Source of the DNA: Candidatus Cloacimonadales bacterium
Lineage (GTDB): Bacteria > Cloacimonadota > Cloacimonadia > Cloacimonadales > JAFGVF01
Assembly (NCBI GenBank): GCA_963667035.1
Contig: OY762964.1
Coordinates: 2,400,001 to 2,464,000, forward strand
DNA length: 64,000 nucleotides
Reading direction: 5' to 3'
The translations under genes and the position numbers were made by a program. Under the pieces are notes generated by a model. The model had not been told where the DNA came from. It did not search any database and saw only the letters and a program-made list of their open reading frames with translations. Below, piece after piece: positions 58,418-64,000 of the stretch (position 1 is its first letter; every line of letters begins with the position of its first letter).

Positions 58418-61400
58418 TTACTTCATTAACATCATTTTCTTAGTTTGAGTGTAACTACCGGCATTCATCTTATAGAAGTAAACACCACTTGATACAGTCT
58501 TACCATTATTGTCGTCACCTTCCCATGTTACAACATGGCTACCTGCTTCAACTTTATCATTAACAAGTGATCTAACTTTCTGACCACGGATGTTATAGAT
58601 ATCGATTGTTACAGGACCAGTTTTCTTAACAGAATAGCTGATAGTTGTAGTTGGGTTAAATGGGTTTGGATAGTTTCCATTAAGAACTGTAGCTACAGGT
58701 GTAGTTATATTTTCATCTGTTGGATTAGGACTATCAATATAGAAATCATCAACAAAGAAAGCGAAAGCATCTGCAGATACACAGTTAATAGCAATATGAA
58801 TATCCTGACCGGCATACTCGTTTAATGAGAAACTAAATTCAGTCCAATCTAGTGGAGCTTGAAGATAGCTTGTTCCATTTAACCATGTGAAATCATCAAT
58901 ATCTGTTCCGGTTGTAGATACACCAACATTAAATCTTTCCAGACCCCATTGGTCTGTATGTGATTTAGCTTGGAATACTACACTTCCACCGTCATAAATA
59001 TGAATAGACGGAGTGATAAGATAATCGTCATTTACCGGAGAGCCACCTTCTAGTGCAGCATCAAAACAAGCAGCTACTTTATCTCCTTCGTAAGGAACTA
59101 AGCTAGTAACTGCCGGAGATGTATTTGCAGGATTAAATATTATATATGATCCGGTATAGTAGGCATTTTCAAATGTTACATTTTGAATACCATAAGTTGA
59201 TAAACCATCATTATCAATCTGAGTCCATGGAGCAAAATCAAGAACGAAGTCATTATATGATTCGAAACCATCTTCGAATACAATAGATGACTGAGCCAAC
59301 TGGAAGTTAACTGTTGAGACCTGTGTTCCTGCAACTGCAACGTTATCTTGAGTTTGTGAAACAAATCCCTGAGCTGTACATGTTACAGTATATACACCCT
59401 GAAGTAATGGGAATATATAATAACCGGTATTATCTGTCATCATTGTTGTACCGTTAATAGTAACAGAAGCATTCTCGATTGGTTCGCTTGTAACTGCATT
59501 AGTTACGGTACCTTCAATATAACCTTCCATATCTTTGATAAGTTCATTTGAGAAAGCAGCAGGAGCTTCAACACCACCTGTATAAACAGCTTTAACAGCC
59601 CATTTGTAGAAACCGGCTGTAACTGTTGCCCAATCGTTATCTGCGAAGTTCTGATCCGTTACAACAGCACCAACTAATGTCCATTGTGTTGGGTCAGCTT
59701 CGTTTCCGGTATTTAAACGATATACATTATAACCGATGGCAGGACGATTTTCTCTTGTAGTTATTGTATTGTTTGTTGCAGCTTTAGCAAAGCTATAAGA
59801 TGTTTTCTCATTATTTGATCTTGCTACAACAGGTACTCTACGAGTAGAAATAGGACGTGAAGTTGTCCAACCAACATAAGCTTGGATATTCCAATTAGCA
59901 TCAATCTGGGCGTTTGACTCTGAATACAAGTCAGCCCATTCTCCAGCACCAGCCATCATAATCATGTCACCACCGGTTACGCGTGGTCCGGCATCTATTC
60001 CAGCAGGATTAACACCACCAGCATGTGTTATTTGATATCCTATATAGAGAGCTTGAGAAGCGTCTATAGTTACAACTTGAGACATTTGAACTTCATTCCA
60101 TTCCCCAATTGTCGGATTATCAATTGCTTCTGAGTAAACTTCAGTCAAACCATCATTACCAGTCCAAACCTTAAGAACATAAGAACCTTCAGAATTAGGC
60201 CAATATCTGATTCTACTTAAGAATTGACCATCATAATCTTGAAGTTCTGCTACTTCATATTTAACAGCTACGCTGAATGTTCCGCCAGTTGTCGCATTGA
60301 GTCCAACTGCATTGTCGTTTGTTCCACTATCTTTATGCATCCATTCAGGGTCGCCACCTGTACCGGGAGCTTCCCAAGTTAGGTTAACTGATGTTTGAGT
60401 ATCATTTACTGCTGCAACTACTGTATTTGCAGGAATCATTACTTCATTTAACTGAACAGTTTCATTAATATCACCATCAACAACGATGTCATTCAAACTA
60501 ACTGCCATAAAGCCGTCTAATGAAGCGGTTAAATCATAAGTGGAGAACCAAACCTCATCAAATGATGCAACACCTGTATCATCAGTAGTTACTGTATAAG
60601 TAGGATATTCACCATCAGGGTTCATATTCTGACTTGTAATAGTTACAGTTGCTCCAACCGGCACTGTACCAACGTTTGTAGTTACAGTAACAGTTAAGCT
60701 ACCAATTAATCCATTAATAAGCCAGTTAGAAATTGCAGGAGTAGAAATTACATCGTTTGTGTAGTTAGCTACAATAGCATATTCATATGTACCTGCTGGT
60801 AAAGTACTCCAGTCAGAGTCAGTATAAGTTGTATCAGTAACTGTTCCAAGCTCTGTCCAAAGATCAGTACTAGCTTCGTCACCAAAGTTGAGACGATAAA
60901 CTGTATAATCATTTAATGAACGAGTTATATTATTTGTTACATGCGCATACTGTGGTTCATAAGGATTTCTTGTATTTCTAGAACTAACAATTGAACTTGT
61001 AGCTTGTGATTTGCTAACATGAGTGAAATTGTTCTCATTGAAAGCAACTCTTGCCATTCCGTTACCAACTGAAACATTATCAATAAATGTTGTGAACCAA
61101 AGACCATTATTATTAGGGCCATCATAGAAGTTCCATGCTAATTGGATGCTTTGACCTGCATAAGCACTTAAATCTATAGCTACAGGAGCATCATAATGAT
61201 TATCTGCAGCAGGAAGATTTGTGGCATCCCAAAGAGTAGTCCAGTTTAAACCACCATCGGTAGTAACTTTTACAGTATAATGGTCAGCATTCTCTGAGCC
61301 ATAATGTCCATAGAAATCAAATGTTAAGTTAGATGCAGCCGGGCAATCGAATGCAGGAGTAATTAACCATTCATCCTGTTCACTTTCAGCCCATGTAACA

Positions 61401-63514
61401 CCTACTTGGTACATACCGTCTGTAGGAGTAGCAGTTGAAGTTGAGAAAACAACCTCTTCATATTGTGCAAAGTTGTTTGTAGCATTTGTATTTTGGAGGC
61501 TCCAGCCAGCTGGAGGGAATTCATTTTCAAAGCTCTCTGCAAATCCGGCTCCACCACTTCCACCTTGGAAAGCTGAATTCCAGACTATCTCTGCATCATT
61601 ACCAACAATCTCAGCAACAACGTTAGAAGCAGGATAGGATATTTCATTAACAGTAATTGTACCTAAATCTAAATCTGTTGTTCCAACATTTGCAACGAAG
61701 TTAGTACTGTTATAACCTTCAGCAGTAGCAACTCCGGCATACTCATAACCTGCAAATACAGCAACTGAGAAGTTACCGGTAGCGTCAGTGTCAAACATAT
61801 AGTCATCATAACCGGTTAATTCAACACTAGCTTGAATACCTGCGGCTGTATCGGAAGCAAGAATTTGACCTGTTACATTCACAATAGGAAGCATTGTCAT
61901 AGTAACGTCTAGTGCTGTTGCATTATCTTCTGCAACAACAACATTATCTATCTGAGTATCTGCATATCCATGTAATGATGCAACAAGGGAATACGTTCCG
62001 ACCGGAACATATGGAAAGCTGTAGGAACCATCAGCACCTGAAACTGCTGAGTAGTTTTCACCAACTAAGCTAAGCTCAGCATTAGCTATAGGGTTTGTTC
62101 CATCAGTAACAACACCACTTATTGAGCCGAGACCTGCAGTTAGGAAATATAGCTTAACATTAGGTTTCAAAGTTGAGACTGTAGCAACAGGTGGGTTTAC
62201 AGGATCAGGAGCATTTACATCATTATTATAATATGCCATTTCTCCTGAAGCACATGTAGTGCTATACCATACATCAGATATTAAATAAAAGGCTGAATCC
62301 ATAGGTCTTTCAATTGATACAAGAAGATTTTCACCACCATAAGCATAAGGTGTATCTAATGTGAATAAGTAGTTACCATCACCAGCAACAAAATCTACAG
62401 TACCTTGATAAACCTGAGTAAGATTTGATGAAGATTCAAAATTAGTTATTGTTGTATTAGTTGTTTCTCCTAACCAAATATTAATTGGTAAACCTGCGGG
62501 AATATTTGTAGAAACAATATTAGCATGGAAACGGATTGCTGTAATGAGTCCACCTGCTGTAATATCAGATGCAGGATATATAATCTGAGCAAGAGAGCTC
62601 TGATAATATAAATTGTATGGAGCTCTGTACTGAGTTTCTGTTCCTGTTCCTATTGTTACAACAGTTGTTTCTTCATTTTGTACCTCAATTGCTAATGAAG
62701 ATGTCTCATTATTAGCTAAATCAACATCTTCTGTACTTTCCACGCTAGCATAAATACTCATTATTCCAGCCACGGTTGGAGTAAATGACAATTGATAAGT
62801 ATCTGTTCCAAAAGCTGATAAACCAGTAGCGTTAACAGAAGCAAGCTCTGTATCATTAGCATCGTACAATTTAACAGTAAATGCAGCTGCATCGGCCTCA
62901 CCAATATTCATAACTGAAACAGAGTAATTAGCTACAGTATTAACTGTAGGAGTTGTGTCTCCTGTTAAGCTTTGAGCTGACAAATCAACAATTGGTGTAG
63001 TACCGTAAAGAGTAGGTCCAACTATGTCATCAATTAACACAGGATAACCATAATCATCAATTGCTCTGAAACGGATGTATGTGTCGTCGGTTTGTGTTAT
63101 ACCTTCCAAGTCAAAACTCTGTTGAGTATAATCTTCAGCATTTGTTAAGTGAGCAAGTTCAACCCAGTTAGTACCACCGTCGGTTGAAACTTCTACATAG
63201 AGATCATTCTGGTCTCCACTCCAATCAGCAGCTTTGTACCAGAAAGATAAATTATCTGCAGTCCCTTGCGTTAAGTCAAGTCGTGGAGAAGAAAGGATTC
63301 CTTCATTGCCATCGTGATTTGTACCATTATATGCTGCAGCTCCGTTTCCTGAATAAGAACTAGCACTAAGCTCCCATTCATGACCGGTCACTATTGTGTT
63401 AGTCCAGCCAGTAGGCGGGAAAGTTCCCTCAAATCCTTCGAAAAGAGGTGTTGCAAATATTGATGAAACCATTAAGGCTATTATCATCATAATCATTGCA
63501 GTTCTTTTGGTCAT
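58418..63514 (-). CDS. Giant secreted adhesin-like protein (choice-of-anchor J/cleaved adhesin, CARDB, carboxypeptidase-regulatory-like, Fn3-like, T9SS-type CTD)
   Basis: AAGGAGG RBS; signal peptide; EGFEGTFPPTGW; DEWLITP and NDDYLITP; GNYPNPFNPTT...SGVYFYKM...KMMLMK. Confidence 0.85.
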   Translation of the reverse strand: MTKRTAMIMMIIALMVSSIFATPLFEGFEGTFPPTGWTNTIVTGHEWELSASSYSGNGAAAYNGTNHDGNEGILSSPRLDLTQGTADNLSFWYKAADWSGDQNDLYVEVSTDGGTNWVELAHLTNAEDYTQQSFDLEGITQTDDTYIRFRAIDDYGYPVLIDDIVGPTLYGTTPIVDLSAQSLTGDTTPTVNTVANYSVSVMNIGEADAAAFTVKLYDANDTELASVNATGLSAFGTDTYQLSFTPTVAGIMSIYASVESTEDVDLANNETSSLAIEVQNEETTVVTIGTGTETQYRAPYNLYYQSSLAQIIYPASDITAGGLITAIRFHANIVSTNIPAGLPINIWLGETTNTTITNFESSSNLTQVYQGTVDFVAGDGNYLFTLDTPYAYGGENLLVSIERPMDSAFYLISDVWYSTTCASGEMAYYNNDVNAPDPVNPPVATVSTLKPNVKLYFLTAGLGSISGVVTDGTNPIANAELSLVGENYSAVSGADGSYSFPYVPVGTYSLVASLHGYADTQIDNVVVAEDNATALDVTMTMLPIVNVTGQILASDTAAGIQASVELTGYDDYMFDTDATGNFSVAVFAGYEYAGVATAEGYNSTNFVANVGTTDLDLGTITVNEISYPASNVVAEIVGNDAEIVWNSAFQGGSGGAGFAESFENEFPPAGWSLQNTNATNNFAQYEEVVFSTSTATPTDGMYQVGVTWAESEQDEWLITPAFDCPAASNLTFDFYGHYGSENADHYTVKVTTDGGLNWTTLWDATNLPAADNHYDAPVAIDLSAYAGQSIQLAWNFYDGPNNNGLWFTTFIDNVSVGNGMARVAFNENNFTHVSKSQATSSIVSSRNTRNPYEPQYAHVTNNITRSLNDYTVYRLNFGDEASTDLWTELGTVTDTTYTDSDWSTLPAGTYEYAIVANYTNDVISTPAISNWLINGLIGSLTVTVTTNVGTVPVGATVTITSQNMNPDGEYPTYTVTTDDTGVASFDEVWFSTYDLTASLDGFMAVSLNDIVVDGDINETVQLNEVMIPANTVVAAVNDTQTSVNLTWEAPGTGGDPEWMHKDSGTNDNAVGLNATTGGTFSVAVKYEVAELQDYDGQFLSRIRYWPNSEGSYVLKVWTGNDGLTEVYSEAIDNPTIGEWNEVQMSQVVTIDASQALYIGYQITHAGGVNPAGIDAGPRVTGGDMIMMAGAGEWADLYSESNAQIDANWNIQAYVGWTTSRPISTRRVPVVARSNNEKTSYSFAKAATNNTITTRENRPAIGYNVYRLNTGNEADPTQWTLVGAVVTDQNFADNDWATVTAGFYKWAVKAVYTGGVEAPAAFSNELIKDMEGYIEGTVTNAVTSEPIENASVTINGTTMMTDNTGYYIFPLLQGVYTVTCTAQGFVSQTQDNVAVAGTQVSTVNFQLAQSSIVFEDGFESYNDFVLDFAPWTQIDNDGLSTYGIQNVTFENAYYTGSYIIFNPANTSPAVTSLVPYEGDKVAACFDAALEGGSPVNDDYLITPSIHIYDGGSVVFQAKSHTDQWGLERFNVGVSTTGTDIDDFTWLNGTSYLQAPLDWTEFSFSLNEYAGQDIHIAINCVSADAFAFFVDDFYIDSPNPTDENITTPVATVLNGNYPNPFNPTTTISYSVKKTGPVTIDIYNIRGQKVRSLVNDKVEAGSHVVTWEGDDNNGKTVSSGVYFYKMNAGSYTQTKKMMLMK

Positions 63515-63683
63515 ATTTCCTCCTTATATGATATTTAGACCATTATTAATCCAAATTATTTATGGGACAGTATAATAATAACCAACCTTTATCTGTCAAA
63601 TAGTTTTTGTTAACTATGAAGATAGCCAATCTAGTTATTATACATTCTTATTGTAACACTGTTAGTTACTAGGATTTTTTCTT

Positions 63684-64000
63684 TTACTCCTTATTCTTTT
63701 TTATTGATTCTTGCATCTGAGGTTTTACATATTTCTCATAACAATCTGGACAAATACTATGACTAAATAGTGTGTCCGTATGTTCCGAGATATAAACCTC
63801 TACATCCTGCCAATAATCTTTATCGTTTCTTATTTTTTTACAGTAAGAGCAGATAGGTAAAAGATTTTCCAATGTTTTCACTTTAGCCAGAGCATCTCTT
63901 AAATCCTGCCTTTGTTTCTCGATAGTAAGAGCAGACTTAACCCTTAAAATAAGTTCCATCTGTTTATATGGTTTGGTGATATAATCCATAGCTCCTTTTT
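63684..64000 (-). CDS. Response regulator, 3' part (end of receiver, coiled coil, Cys/His-rich C-terminal domain)
   Basis: GAMDYITKP receiver end; LPICSYCKKIR...FSHSICPDC; start lies beyond the window. Confidence 0.8.
   Translation of the reverse strand, partial: KGAMDYITKPYKQMELILRVKSALTIEKQRQDLRDALAKVKTLENLLPICSYCKKIRNDKDYWQDVEVYISEHTDTLFSHSICPDCYEKYVKPQMQESIKKNKE

Noticed and set aside
1..64000. Transposases, integrases, prophage genes, rRNA and tRNA
   Set aside because: No ORF or sequence with the relevant motifs was recognised. The remaining short ORFs in the track overlap well-supported genes and were treated as spurious.

Overview
AT-rich bacterial chromosome segment that looks like an FCB-superphylum organism, most likely Cloacimonadota. 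This placement is an inference from the rplM-rpsI-rpsB-tsf-pyrH-frr gene order, a sprA homologue, and several secreted proteins ending in a YPNPFNP...SGVYFY C-terminal domain. Housekeeping genes: rimO (partial), queH, ogt, recG, nuclease-fused DinG, queF, coaX, elbB and the translation cluster. Secretion: a SprA-type translocon gene plus six candidate cargo proteins (M6 protease, two giant adhesin-like proteins, an FG-GAP protein, an EEP nuclease, a lamin-tail protein). Regulation and defence: an ECF sigma/anti-sigma module, a DUF4390-NtrY-NtrX-like system behind a sigma54-driven PDZ/beta-barrel gene, and an RloA/RloB (AbiL-like) pair. Unusual fusions: radical SAM-FNR and PHP-glycosyltransferase. 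One peptidase gene is frameshifted. The strongest unexplained signal is a set of four or five intergenic arrays with short motifs repeated at exactly 11-bp spacing, two clearly arranged as inverted arms, each with a different core sequence. No tRNA, rRNA, CRISPR array or transposase was recognised. All family calls come from motif recognition by eye, not database searches.
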